Shown here: positions 13,567-26,199 of the stretch, piece after piece
How positions within the stretch are numbered: position 1 is the stretch's first letter
How the letters are laid out: the number at the start of each line of letters is the position of its first letter
NCBI GenBank assembly: GCA_024679065.1
Contig: JAGIQG010000009.1
Span: 44,516,001 to 44,580,000, forward strand
Length of the DNA stretch: 64,000 bases
Origin: Sphyrna mokarran
Taxonomy: Eukaryota
Direction of reading: 5' to 3'
Notes under the pieces: model-generated
What the model was told of the DNA's origin: nothing
The model's database searches: none
What the model saw: only the letters and a program-made list of their open reading frames with translations
Translations under genes and position numbers: made by a program

Positions 13567-14418
13567 TAAGTTAGGGATCAGCCTCCAGTTGCAGGGAGAT
13601 GTCTTACACTAAAGTAGAAGACAAATGGATAAAAAAGGCACCTTATATTAAAACACAGGAAAGTACTTATGATGATGGAATGGATACAAAAGCTAGAGTA
13701 AAAATTAAAACTAAGCTAAATAAAATATATAGTCACATAAATTGCACTTTACAAATTTTTTGTTATTAACAAAACAGAATGAAACACAAGAATGTGGGAC
13801 ATGATGTTCGTTATGATAATATAACATAGAAACTTGATTTCATTTAAATTTATATGAATATTGGTTTTTATCCTTTAAGAACAAATCTAATTTTTTTAGC
13901 ATCCAAGAAATTGTCGTTGAAACAAAGAAAGCAAGACATGTTCAGCAGTATTGCAAGTTGTAGGATTATGTGCACTGAGGCTCACATTTGAATGTATTGC
14001 CACTTGGAATCTCTCTGCCAAAACCTAACACAAGCTCCCTCAATAAATTAGAATATATTTCATCAGGTGCTGTCTTCTCATAATAATGAAGGATTTCCTG
14101 CAAACAATGGCAAGCATTGAGAGTTGGGATGTCTAATCCTGGGACTGGGAAGATGCATAAAGGATGTTTGATTTCCTGTCAGTTGAAATGAATTAACCCT
14201 ATATCTTTATAATAAGATTTCTTGTGCATGACAAAGTTCTACCATCTTCTTCATGACTGCTGAACCATGATAACACTTATCCTCACGAGTTAAGAATTGC
14301 CTATTTTTTTTTTTTCTTTTGATGTGGTTACTTTCTATTTATGTTGTGCTTCCGTAAACCATCAACCACGTTATATAAAATATTTTTCCTCAAGCACTTT
14401 CCGCTGAAATAAAATTAG

Positions 14419-14900
14419 GAATAAGAGATCTTCAAAATTCTGAAAGGTCTGGAAAGATTGGATGCAGAGAGAATGGCGGAATTTAATCCCACATCTTGCA
14501 ATGGCTACCTGGCCCACTTAATTTTCAGAGAAGCTGTTGCATCTGTCTCCCGGTGTTGGGAATACCTCCCACAAAGAGGCAGAAATGACCCCATGTTGGA
14601 AATTAGCTTGCTCGTGGTGGGATGTCAGTTAGACTTGTTAGCCCTATGTTTCCTCTTGGGTGTGGTAGGACCAAACTGGGGACCATCAGTCATTACCAAG
14701 AAATCCGTTAGGAAACGAAGAAGAGACATCTCGCTGAGAATGTTACATGCTAACACGGGGAGTGATTGAAGTGAATAGTATTAATGCATTAAAAAAAACA
14801 TAAGCACATGAGGAAGAAGAGAAGATGGTTATGATCGTAAACTTAGGCAGCAAAATGTGAATGCAGCATAACCCCAGGCATTGACTGGTAAATCCTGTTA
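14419..14900 (+). mobile_element. Old CR1 3' fragment with a ~170-bp internal insertion; also the left arm of an inverted duplication
   Basis: ttcaaaattctgaaaggtctggaaagattggatgcagagagaatg (FKILKGLERLDAERM); CR1-like sequence resumes at atgtttcctcttg and runs to gaagtgaatagtattaatgcatt. Confidence 0.6.
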
Positions 14901-15257
14901 TGTATTACAGCTATAGAGTGCCATGATTTGACACCACATATATATGTTTAAACTTTAGAATATCATGAATGATGAAAAATATCAATAACTCAGGAAACAA
15001 GAATTACAAGTTTACCCAGTTTATAAATTTTCAATCCTGTTGGGTTTGTCGGTGCTACCTGGGATTGGGGAATAGGGAAAGGGTCTCATTGTCTGATCAG
15101 GGGACCTGGTGTCGGGAGGGTTGAAAGTGTGGGTAGGGGGAGGAAGGGAAGGGTTTGCACTTGAATGTCATTCCTTGTCCCAGCTCCAACAACCCCTGCT
15201 CTCCCAACCATGACACTCCTCCCTCCCATGAAGAAATGACATAGGGTACTCCAACCA

Positions 15258-15582
15258 ATGTCTCTTCTTAGTTTCCTAACGGATTTCTTGGTAATGACTG
15301 ATGGTCCCCAGTTTGGTCCTACCACACCCACCCCACTGCACCCAAGAGGAAACATAGGGCTAACAAGTCTGACTGACATCCCACCACGAGCAAGCTAATT
15401 TCCAACATGGAGTCATTTCTGCCTCTTTGTGGGAGGTATTCCCAACACTGGGAGACAGATGCAACAGCTTCTCTGAAAATTAAGTGGGCCAGGTAGCAAT
15501 TGCAAAATGTGGGATTAAATTCCGCCATTCTCTCTGCATCCAATCTTTCCAGACCTTTCAGAATTTTGAAGAACTCTTATTC
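15258..15582 (-). repeat. Right arm of local inverted duplication of 14419-14729
   Basis: Reverse complement matches 14419-14729 with a few substitutions and one 14-bp indel; ORFs 14458(+) and 15319(-) are near-identical. Confidence 0.97.
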
Positions 15583-15861
15583 ACTCTATCACCCATGCTA
15601 AATCTGGTGACACAGGAACTCCTGTGAGTCACTTCATGAGTTAGTCTGCACCACAATATACACATCAAATTGCAAATTATTCTGTAAAGCTGACATATGC
15701 CACAATGAATTTTTGCTCAGCTTAAGTTTAATTTTCGGGTCAGACATCTATAGATTTATTCTTAAAAGTACCAAATGAGAAAAGCTTCGCCTCCAAGCGT
15801 GGTCCCACTCTGTGGGGCCTCAGAGTAGGTTTAGGCCCTTTGCTTAATGGCCTTGCATAAC

Positions 15862-16143
15862 GGCACAGTGGTTAGCACTGCTGCTTCACAGTGCCAGGGA
15901 TCCGAGTTCTATTCGGGCCTTGGATGACTCTGTGGAGTTTGCATCTTCTCCCCGTGTCTATGTGGGTTTCCTCCGGGTGCTCTGGTCTCTTCCCATAATC
16001 CAAAGATATGCAGGTTAAGACTTTGTTAAATTGACCCTTAGTGTTCCAAAATATCTAAATTAGATGGATTAGTATTGGAAATGTGTGGGGCTATAAGGAT
16101 AGGATACGGGAAAGGGCCTGTTATTCTGTCAGAGAGTCAGTGC
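15862..16143 (+). mobile_element. HE1/V-SINE-like SINE, 3'-truncated
   Basis: Head ggcacagtggttagcactgctgcttcacagtgccagggatccgagttc and V-domain-like core. Confidence 0.85.
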
Positions 16144-17589
16144 CCTCCACAAACCCCTCCTCTCCAGAGGTGTGTCTCACAACGATTGCAAATTACTTAG
16201 TAGGTAGGCTGACATATACAATAAATCGCTACACAGTCAGCATGGACGTATCACTATAATTCAGCACAAATTGCCTTGTTGGTTATAAGCTGACATGATC
16301 TGTTGCTGAGATTGATACACTTTGGAGAGAGAGTTTATGATTACCTCCTTGCATCGGTGAGAAGTTAATCGTCTTACAAAACAAGTCTACTTGATATGTT
16401 GAAATGTAATTGGTTCAGTTTATTACTGATTATACTTACAACTATAAAATTATTCTAGGAACAGATAGGATGTGATCTTTGAGTTGACAGTGGAGTTGAT
16501 TTCCTTGCATTCCTCTTGGTTGATGGCGGCCGCCTCTTTGGATGTCAGAGTGATGAATCTTTATCTGTGAATGTGATATCTATTCCTTCGCAATCTTCTT
16601 GGTTTGAGAGATCCATCTTGTGTACAGGTATTTGTATTTGGCATAGTTAGTTCAAATCATGTTTTGCTTAGTTTCAGGGAAATGTCTTGTACTTAATATA
16701 TCTTTCTGGCATAGCTTCAAATCTCCAGCTTCCCTGGTCTGTCTTTCATTCTCTCTTATATCCTTTCAGAGAAAGAGTGTTACTTTGCTGGAGATTAATT
16801 TTCTATCTTTTAACAGACATTCTTATACATACAGGAGCCATTGAACTTCTGCACTAGAATATTTAATACTATCTTCATTTATGTAACAAATATAAAACAA
16901 ATGTTCAACTTAGATATTATTGATTTTCTAAGTTTTCTCAATATTGTCATTAATCACTCTGAGTGACCCATATCATGTGTGACCCAAGTCACATATGTTA
17001 CTCAGGTCACACATGTTTACCCCTTAGTTAGCATACAGTGCGATTTTAGAGAGTTATGTTGACTCAGAAGAAAAACTACTGAATACACACACAGACATGG
17101 CAGATGGTAATTTTACTCTTAACTTCTCAGTTTCCTCATTAGAAAGAAATTGGGAAAAATATGCTGACAATTATATAGCACTTTTCACAACCTCCGGGCC
17201 CCCCTAAGTACTAAACAATCAAATTTGAAATCTAGCCCAAGTTGTAATGCAGAAAATTTTAATAAAGAAATAGCTTGTCTTTCAGATAAGAAGCAAAATA
17301 GTTGAAATCTTCGTGTTATGATCAAACAATTTAAATCAAGAAGCCTTTGTTTTATGTAACTTCGTTTTGTTTAGTGTTAGCTTTTTAATTTTCCTGGTGT
17401 TCGGCATAAATGCTGAAGTTTCATTTTGAGAACGCAATTGGGACATTTTAAAGAAGTTTTCCAGCTGGAATCAGGCACCAATCTACATGGCACAGCACTA
17501 ATTCCCAGCCAGGTGTTTTCCCATTTACTAGACTTTCAATTTAGACTTTCTATATATCCCATGGGCTTGAGCATTGAAACTGGGTCAAA

Positions 17590-17900
17590 CACACATTTTT
17601 AAAATCCAGGTAAATAACATTCAGTGTGCCACTCTAATCCATAAGGTCAGTAACTTCATCGAAAAAAAAATCTAATAGATTTGGCAAAACATGACCTCCT
17701 ATTTCTAAAGCCATATTGCCTGTTTCCTGTTAATCTGTGTCTCTCAAGATGATCCTTTATACTGCCCTAAGCAATTTTTCCATAATTGATGGAAGATTTA
17801 CAGGTCTATAATTAGACAGCTCATCCCTAGCTCTTTCTTGAATGCAGCAGCTATATATTTCCAATTTTCTTTTCTTCAATGAATGCAAGTTTCATTCTGC
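17590..17900 (-). mobile_element. Old CR1 reverse transcriptase fragment
   Basis: Minus strand gives degenerate YGFRNRRSC...VIYLDFK motifs. Confidence 0.65.
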
Positions 17901-18622
17901 AAATCTTTTTTTTTTTCAGGACTTATAATCACAAACAGCAGAATAATCCTTGACATTTTTCTTTGAATTTTCTGCAACGCATCAGTGCTCTTTTGCGAAT
18001 CAGACCATCCTAGAAATGTATTCTGATAATAAATGAAAAAAGGTTAAAAAATAATCTAATTTGACACAATCAAATACTCTTGAGGTGCACCCTGTACTTA
18101 TTTCCTCACATTGACATCCAGTTCAAAATTAATTAGATGCTGTCAATGTATGGTCAGTAATTACATCCAAGACATTCTCTTTTTGCACCTTTGTTAATGT
18201 ACAACTGTTCATTGTGCACATATTTCATGTTTCCTGTTGTAATCTACACTCATTAACAGTGAAACACATTAACATTTATTTGGCATCCTCAACTCATCTT
18301 TGTTACCTTAAATTCTTTGATATACCAGGATCTATTTGAATAATTTTCTATCATTCTGTCAGGAATTAATTTTATCTTGAACAGTCCTTGAATTTCCTAC
18401 CGGGGTCTTCCACTGCCTCTTCAGAGCTTTAATCACAAACTTGCAGTGTCTCCATTTTCCAAAGCTGACATCCACTGCAAAGACAAACCACCTCCAGAAT
18501 CACTCCACACCTATGTAATATCCTTCAACTATTTTCAGCATGAATCGCATCTTTATGCTTCAATTATTTGACAAAATTTATCTTTGACTTCAAGTGCAGT
18601 CTTAATTTTCTGGAACTTTTCT

Positions 18623-18955
18623 GGGCGGCATGGAGGCACAGTGGTTAGCACCACTGCCCCACAGTACGAGGGACCCTAGTTTGATTCCCAGCTTGGGTCA
18701 CTGCGTGTGTGGAGTTTGCACATTCTCCCTGTGTCTGTGTGGGTTTTCTCCTGGTATTCCAGTTTCCTTCCACACACCAAATATGTGTGGATTAGGTAGA
18801 TAGGCCATGCTAAATTGCCCCTTAGTGTCAGTGGACTAACAGGGGTAAATGCATGGGGTTATGGGGATAGGGTCTGATTGGTATTGTGATCGGTGCAGAC
18901 TCAATGGGCTGAATGGCCTCCTTCTGTACTGTAGGATTTTATGATTCCATGATGA
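18623..18955 (+). mobile_element. Full-length HE1/V-SINE-like SINE, CR1-type tail B
   Basis: Head gggcggcatggaggcacagtggttagc; tail ggtgcagactcaatgggctgaatggcctccttctgtactgtaggattttatga. Confidence 0.9.
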
Positions 18956-19061
18956 TTTTATGAACTTCGATTGCTAAGAGCAGCTATTTGAGCCATTGAA
19001 TTAAGAGCCGATGGATTGTTGGACTGTTCATCCTGGCCAATACTACCTTTCAACTTGGCAA

Positions 19062-19700
19062 TCAAGTTGATTAAGGTTGTTAAGAAGGCATACGGAGTCT
19101 TGGCTTTTATTGGTAGGGGGATTGAATTTCGGAGCCGCAACGTCACGTTCAACTGTACAAAATTCTGGTGCGGCCGCACTTGGAGTATTGTGTACAGTTC
19201 TGGTCCCCACGTTATAAGAAAGATGTGGAGGCATTGGAGAGGGTGCAGAGGAGATTTACCAGGATGTTGCCTGGTATGGAGGGCAGGTCTTATGAGGAGA
19301 GGCTGAGGAATTTGAGGTTGTTTTCGTTAGAAAGAAGGCGGCTAAGAGGAGACCTTTTTGAAACATATAAGATGATTAGAGGATTAGATAGGGTGGACAG
19401 TGATAGCCTTTATCCTAGGATGGAGAAAGCCAGCACGAGGGAACATAGCTTTAAATTAAGGGGTGGTAGCTTTATGACGGATGTCAGAGATAGGTTCTTT
19501 ACCCAGAGGGTGGTAAGGGTATGGAATGCCCTGCCTGCTACAGTTGTAGATGCACCAAGTTTGGGGGCGTTTAAGAGGTCAGTAGATAAGTTTATGGATG
19601 AAAAGGAATGGTTTAGGTTAGAGGGTCATTACTTTTTCTTAATTGGTTGGCGCAACATCGAAGGCCAAAGGACCTGTTCTGCACTGTAATGTTCTATGTT
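19062..19700 (+). mobile_element. CR1 LINE 3' fragment (ORF2 C-terminus and 3'UTR)
   Basis: RPHLEYCVQFWSP...LERVQRRFTRM...FFTQRVVRVWNALP; terminal gttctatgtt repeat. Confidence 0.95.
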
Positions 19701-20464
19701 CATTTTGCCTGTCAAGATTGGAGTTTTCCAGACTCGCACCATGGGCTAATGGCGCTGAATCAAAGGAAGTGCAGCATTGAAGGCAACTTGCTCTTATTTT
19801 AGTAATCATAGCAGAGATAGTACCCTTCTACCTTCACAGCTGCCTCTTTAGATTTTGGAAAGATAACTCAATTGCTGCTAACAATGTTCCTTCCAGTCAG
19901 TTTCAGTTTGGACTGATGATAAATCCCCATTCCCGGATCCATGTCGCTCAGACAACATGGGAGGAGTTTTCCATTCTCTGCACAGAGTGCTTGCTGAGAT
20001 GTGAAACCCGATATGCAGCTCTCAGGTTGTACAGCTGCCTTTTCTCTCCAGGTAATCTGGAACTCAGAAAAATCTGGAGGGATGGCTCATACCATCACTC
20101 TGAAGATAGAGCCAGGAGAAAGATGGCAGCTGGGAATCCCGAGATCTCTGAGAGGCAACATAGAAACATATTTCCCCACATGCATGCAGACACCACCCCG
20201 CCTCTCCCGCAAGAACACAGGAGACCCACCCCCAATGGACATGAGGAATCCCTCCTCTGCCCACCCTCAGTGGACACGGGAAATCCCTCCTCCACTGCAC
20301 ACACAAGAAAGTAGTGCCAGGGAGCAATGCCAATGTACTCTCTGGACGTGTCCTCTCACCCTCCCTGCCAGTGCTATAATTCCTGTGCACCTCCAGCATA
20401 TGCCATCCACCTGATTCATGTTTCTAAAAAGCTATTGTAAAGCTCACTGACATGTTTAGGTTCA

Positions 20465-20622
20465 GGATGTCTATCAGGTTTCTGATAGACAAGGGAATTA
20501 AGGCTTATGGAAGAGGAAAATGGAACTAATCCAGTTCAGATCAGCCATGATCTTGTTGAATGGCGGGGCAGGCTCAAAGGGCTAGATGGCCTACTCCTGC
20601 TCCTATTTCTTATGTTCTTACG
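20465..20622 (+). mobile_element. CR1 3'UTR fragment inserted in a GC-rich non-autonomous repeat (~19700-20860)
   Basis: Near-identical to 25010-25170 (caagggaattaag...gatcagccatgatctt...ctatttcttatgttctt). Confidence 0.85.
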
Positions 20623-22286
20623 TTGTCACGTCGACAAGGGGTGAATTCCAAATGTAGGGGGACAATACAGTGGGGAAGCCCATTAATTATATTGAAATGG
20701 GTTTAAATTAGGTTCCTGGCTTTTCTGGGTGGGAATCTCATTACATCACTGGCAAAATGAACTGGGAAATGAGTTCTCACAGCGAGATTCTCATTTGTAT
20801 TTTCATAAGATAGTTCACACCTAATGAAGGAAGTTGTTCAGCAGTGATTAAAAATCTTGACTTCCATAGATTTCAAATGTAGCATAGGTTTTTATGAGGT
20901 AATAATTTCACAGCACTCTGGGGAAACAACAACATTTGAATTACTTGAGCTTCAGTTAATCACTTTGTTTGGGCTTTAATTAAAATTCTATGAGTCTAAA
21001 GTTTTATAGAGAGCACAATACTGTAATTCAGAGGGTTTATTGATCCTGGTTTAATGCGAATGTTATCCACGACTGAGAAGCTAAAATCCATGCTTAAGAC
21101 AACACGTTTACAATAAATGTTTGCTGGTGATGGCAATGATCTTGAAACTAATTTTATTTCTTTAACAACAAAGAATGCTATAAAGTAATTTTGTCACTTC
21201 ACTTTTTGGTAGCAAGTTTTTAACCCTTTATCTGTTTAAAAAGCATCTTGCAGTATTTCTGATGAATTCAAACAGTAAAAGCATTATTCACCTGGTGACT
21301 AAGACAATACTGACCAGGACTCAGCTTTGCCCCATTATGGAGAGCGTCTCTATCCTGGTGAAAATGATGGAACTAGCTGAAAATCATAAGTCCTGCCCCC
21401 CAAATTCCACACTTTGCATTTTTGTGGGGATGGATATGAGGACAATTCACGTTTTGCACAGGCAGTTGATGTGTCACACCTGTGGCTTACAAAGACAACT
21501 AGCCATTTAAATTGTCTGTTGTCTCCACTATAACCCAAGAGTGTGAAACCTGAAATGTGTAAATAAGACCTGGTAAGAGCAGATCTAAAATTTATACATT
21601 TGTTTGGATAGCCAGGGGTACTCCTTTCGAGAGATCAGGCATCCCTTTGGGTCCAGACCTGGGCAGGTCAGTCCTTTGTGAGCGGTAATGTGCCCTTTGG
21701 ATTTGGAATTGTGAAAAGCAGACATGAATATGCATAAAATGTGCATAATTATCAACTATCAAGCTCATTGGAACTGTCAATAAACCTGTCAAAACCATCT
21801 GTCACTCAGACCTATTAAAAGCGTTAAGAGGACCTATCAAAGAGGGCATTTGAAAGTCTGTCCTTTAAATCTTAAAAAAAAATGTCTGGAATGCTAAAGA
21901 AATCATTGCCTGCAATTTAAGTAGCAGACATAGGCTTGAGGACTGTCATTACTATATCACTGCATTACTGATTTCACAACCATCCATTAATATAATGGGG
22001 TGCATGCCATTTCACAGTTTGATACAAGTGGTTATAGACTCTTGGATTCCAATGTTTGTTGTTACAGGGGATTATGCACTGGAATAAAATAATTGTTATA
22101 AAGCTTTATTTAGTGAAAGAATGTAAATGTAGTAAAAAGTATTTAATGAATCAGTGTTTTTTTCAATATAATGAAGTTTGCAATAGATATTTGGAAATCT
22201 ATTTTATCAAACTTTAAACTCTGCATGGGTCCTTACTGAGTGTCCATGGTGGGTACTGGCTGAGCTTTCATAGTAGGTGTAAGTAG

Positions 22287-23916
22287 GCTATGGAGAACAC
22301 TGAGGTACAGGGTTGCAAATTGGGAAGTATTGTAGTAGATAGGGAGGATGTGCTAGAAATTCTCGAGGGTTTGAAGTTGGATAAGTCCCCTGGGCCGGAC
22401 GGGATTAACCCTAGGATTCTCTGGGAGGCAAGAGAGGAGATTGCAGAGCCTCTGGCTCTGATCTTCAGGTCGTCGTTGGTTACGGGTGTGGTTCCGGAGG
22501 ACTGGAGGATAGCGAATGTGGTCCCGTTGTTCAAGAAGGGGAAGAGACCTTCCAGGGAATTATAGGCCAGTGAGTCTTACTTCTGTTGTGGGCAAGGTAT
22601 GGGAGAGAATTATTAGGGATAGGATTTATAGTTATTTAGAGAGAAATGAATTGATTGGGGATAGTCAGCATGGTTTCGTGAAGGGTAGGTCATGCCTTAC
22701 TAACCTCATTGAGTTTTTTGAGAAAGTGACCAGAGAGGTGGATGGGGTAAGGCGGTTGATGTAGTATATATGGACTTTAGTAAGGCGTTTGATAAGGTGG
22801 CCCATGGAAGACTTCTACAGAAAATGCAGATGTGTGGAATAGCGGGTGATTTAGCTAATTGGATTAGGAATTGGCTGGCAGATAGAAGACAGAGGGTGGT
22901 GGTTGATGGGAGATATTCATCGTGGAGTTTGGTGACGAGTGGTGTGCCTCAGGGGTCTGTTTTGGGCCCCTGCTGTTTGTAATTTTTATAAATGATCTGG
23001 ATGAGGGTATTGAGGGATGGATCAGTAAATTTGCAGATGACACTAAAGTCGGTGGAGTGGTCGATAGTGAAGAGGGGTGTTATAGTTTACAGAGTGACTT
23101 GGACAAGTTGCAGAGCTGGGCCGAGAGTTGGCAAATGGAGTTTAATGTGGAAAAGTGTGAGGTAATGCACTTTGGCAGGAACAATAAATGTGTAGAGTAT
23201 AGGGCTAATGGTAGGGCTCTAATAGTGTTGAGGAACAGAAGGATCTTGGTGTATGTGTCAATAGATCCCTGAAAGTAGGCAGTCAAGTGGATAAAGTTGT
23301 TAAGAAGGCATATGGAGTCTTAGCTTTTATTGGCAGGGGGATTGAATTTAGGAGCTGCAGCATCATGTTGCAACTGTACAAAACTCTAGTGCGGCCGCAC
23401 TTGAAGTATTGTGTGCAGTTCTGGTCCCCACATTATAAGAAAGATGTGGAGGCATTGGAGAGGGTACAGAGGAGGTTTACCAGGATGTTGCCTGGTATTG
23501 AGGGCAGGTCTTATGAAGAGAGGCTGAGGGATTTGAGGTTGTTTTCGTTAGAAAGGAGGCGGCTAAGAGAAGACCTAATCGAAACATATAAGATGATTAG
23601 AGGTTTAGATAGGGTGGACAGTGATATCCTTTTTCCTAGGATGGAGAAAGCTAGCACGAGGGGACACAGCTTTAAATTCAGGGGTATGAGTTATAGGACG
23701 GATATCAGAGGTAGGTTCTTTACTCAAAGAGTGATTAGGGAGTGGAATGCCCTGCCTGCAGCTGTTGTAGATGCGCCAAGTTTGGTGGCGTTTAAGAGGT
23801 TAATTGATAAGTATATGGAAGAGAAAGGGATGGTTTAGTTTGGAGGGGCATTGCTTTTTATTTTGGTCGGCACAACATCGAAGGCCGAAGGGCCTGTTCT
23901 GTGCTGTAATGTTCTA
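22287..23916 (+). mobile_element. 5'-truncated CR1 LINE, near-complete RT domain with a few frameshifts
   Basis: KSPGPDGI, NYRPVSLTS, QHGFVKGRSCLTNL, MDFSKAFDKV, GVPQGSVLGP, KFADDTK motifs; probable TSD tgtaagtag (22278-22286) / tgtaggtag (23917-23925). Confidence 0.97.
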
Positions 23917-24649
23917 TGTAGGTAGCACTAAGTTGGCACACATGTTAGGGGACATGAGGGTTACAGTGGCATAGGTTGGCATGCAGAATATATGGGGTTG
24001 ATAGACATAAGTTGGCATGGAACGAATGAGGTATTTTGAGGTGAGTTGACATGAGTTGGCATGAATAAGGCATGGGGTTTGTGTGGCGGGTGAGAGGATG
24101 TGAGATGTGAAGTGTGAGAACTAGTGAAATGCTTTGGGTTTTATTCTTTTGAAACAAATTTTGGACACAGTGCTAGTGTCCCGAGGTATGCCTTCCATCC
24201 TGTCTGCCTCTGCACCTGGCATCCTCCTCACTATATCTGAGGATATCCCTCAAGCTTCTAATATAGAGAGGAGTTTTATAAAACAAAGTATGACACTGAC
24301 CCATGTGAGAAAATATTAAATCAGATGACAAAAAGATGTAGGTCTTAAAAGAGGAAAGTGAGGTGGAGAGGCAGAAAAGTTTGGGGAGAGTATTCCAGAG
24401 CTTGGGGCCTAGGCAATCTAAGGTGCAGCCCCCAATCATGGAATGGCTAAAATCATGGATGTGAGAAAAGACAGAATTAGAGGAATGCAGATATCCGGAA
24501 TGATTATGGTATTAGGACAAATGTAGGGAGAGATGAAGCTATTCAGGGATTTGAACACAAGGATAAGACTCAAATCACTATGTTGCTTGACTGGAAGCCA
24601 ATGATAATTTGGAAATGGGATTTGTTGGAAGGCAGCAGTATTTTGAATG

Positions 24650-25170
24650 AGAGCAGGAGTGCAGAGAATGTTCACTAGGCTGATAGCAGAGATGAGGGGG
24701 TTAGCCTATGAAGAGAGATTGAATAGACTGGGTCTTACTCGTTGGAGTTTAGAAGGCTGAGGGGAAATCTTATAGAGACATATAAGATAATGAAGAGGAT
24801 AGATAGGGTAGAGGTAGAGAGATTCTTCCTGCTTAGAAAGGATAGCAGAACTAGAGGGCACAGCCTCAAAAAGAAAGGGGGGGGGGGCGGGCAGTTTAGA
24901 TCAGATTTGAGGAGGAACTTTTTCACTTAAAGGGTGGTGAATTTCTGGAATTCTCTGCCCTTTGAAGTGGTGGAGGCTACCTCACTGAGTATATTTAAGT
25001 CACGGATAGATAGGTTTCTGATAGACAAGGGAATTAAGAGTTATGGGGAGAAAGCAGGAAAGTGGAACTGATCCACTTCAGATCAGCCATGATCTTATTG
25101 AATGACGGGGCAGGCTCGTAGGGCTAGATGGCCTACTCCTGCTGCTATTTCTTATGTTCTTGTGTTTTTA
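24650..25170 (+). mobile_element. CR1 3' fragment nested in L2
   Basis: EFRRLRGNLIETYKIM...RTRGHSLK...LRRNFFT plus CR1 3'UTR; L2 sequence resumes at atgacctcaag. Confidence 0.93.
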
Positions 25171-25277
25171 TGACCTCAAGTTTATGGGTTGAACATGGGA
25201 GACCAGTCAGGAGTGTGGTGGAATAATCAATTCTAGGGGTAACAAAAGCATGAATGAGCGTTATTGGATGAAATTCA

Positions 25278-25447
25278 ATTACTGTGTGTTTCTACCCATT
25301 CCACCTTCTCTGATTTGTAAGCTGCAGATGTCAGTCTGTACCTCTTACTTTACAACTCTCCTCGCCTTTCCCCTTTCAGATATACTACAATGGCCACTAG
25401 AACAGTGAGCAGGAAGATCAAGGGCAGCAGGACACTGATCATTAACA
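25278..25447 (+). repeat. Left arm of 170-bp inverted duplication (copy of 26256-26425)
   Basis: Reverse complement of 26256-26425; I count 2 mismatches in 170 bp. Confidence 0.97.
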
Positions 25448-26199
25448 TAACATAATAGTTATGGAGGTGGAAACAGGCGGCCTCAGTAATGGATGAATAT
25501 GAAGTGGGAAGCTCACACTGGAGTTGAATGTAACAGTAAGGTTACGAAGGAGAGGGTTGAGGTTGGTAGGGAATGGAGCATGGAGCAGGGACCAAAAAAC
25601 AATGGCTTCAGTCTTCCCAAACTAAATTGGAAGGAATATTTGCTCATATCTTCACAGGATGCAGACAAGCGGTGCGACAGTGGCAGAGCCAAGGGACATT
25701 GTGGTGAGGGAGAATTGGGTGTCATCAGCATCTTTATAAAAATTAATGCTGTGCCTTTGGCTAATGTATTCGAGGGGTAGCAATTAGATGAAAAATAAAA
25801 GGAGGATGAAGAAAGAAGGACCACCTTCTTCAGGTGCATCCATATTTATTCCAAGTTGTCTGTCAATTGCTGTGAACACAACCCCAGATTCCTATTGTCC
25901 AATAATTCCACACAAAACTGTCCCTCTCTTTTGGGCCAAACATTTCACTGAACCTATCTGTAATCCTTTTCCTGTCTGCTGTCCCAGCAAATTGCTCAAC
26001 TGAGTGCTGTGCATCACAACTCCTCTGTGACCTTGTCCTTCAAGAAACAAAACATCAGGGTTATTATTTCCTCTTGCCTTGGCTGCAAGCCACTTGTGTC
26101 CTGTGATTCAAAACCTTTATTGTTATTCTTTCATGGAATGTAGGTGCCACTGGCCAGGTCAGCATTTGTTGCCCATCCCAATCCAAAACTTGCAGATCC

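Larger units (their letters stand above)
24260..25790 (-). mobile_element. L2-clade LINE remnant interrupted by a CR1 and by a templated inverted insertion
   Basis: Minus-strand peptides IQNTAA...HWLPVKQ...LILVFKSLN and GPKLWNTLPK...STSLSSFK are typical of the L2 ORF2 C-terminus. Confidence 0.8.

Noticed and set aside
14458-15543. Two near-identical ORFs (MDAERMAEFNP...) suggesting duplicated genes
   Set aside because: They arise from an inverted duplication of decayed CR1/MITE sequence and use non-ATG starts; the right copy is frameshifted.
16171-16925. Possible solo LTR
   Set aside because: TG start and LTR-like texture, but I could not fix a CA end with a TSD, PBS or second copy; the same holds for ~61345-61800.
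19916-20414. 132- and 137-aa ORFs
   Set aside because: No recognisable domain; they lie in a GC-rich repeat-like segment that also hosts a CR1 tail insertion.
22287-23916. Active CR1 or domesticated RT gene
   Set aside because: 5'-truncated (no ORF1 or endonuclease) and broken by several frameshifts.
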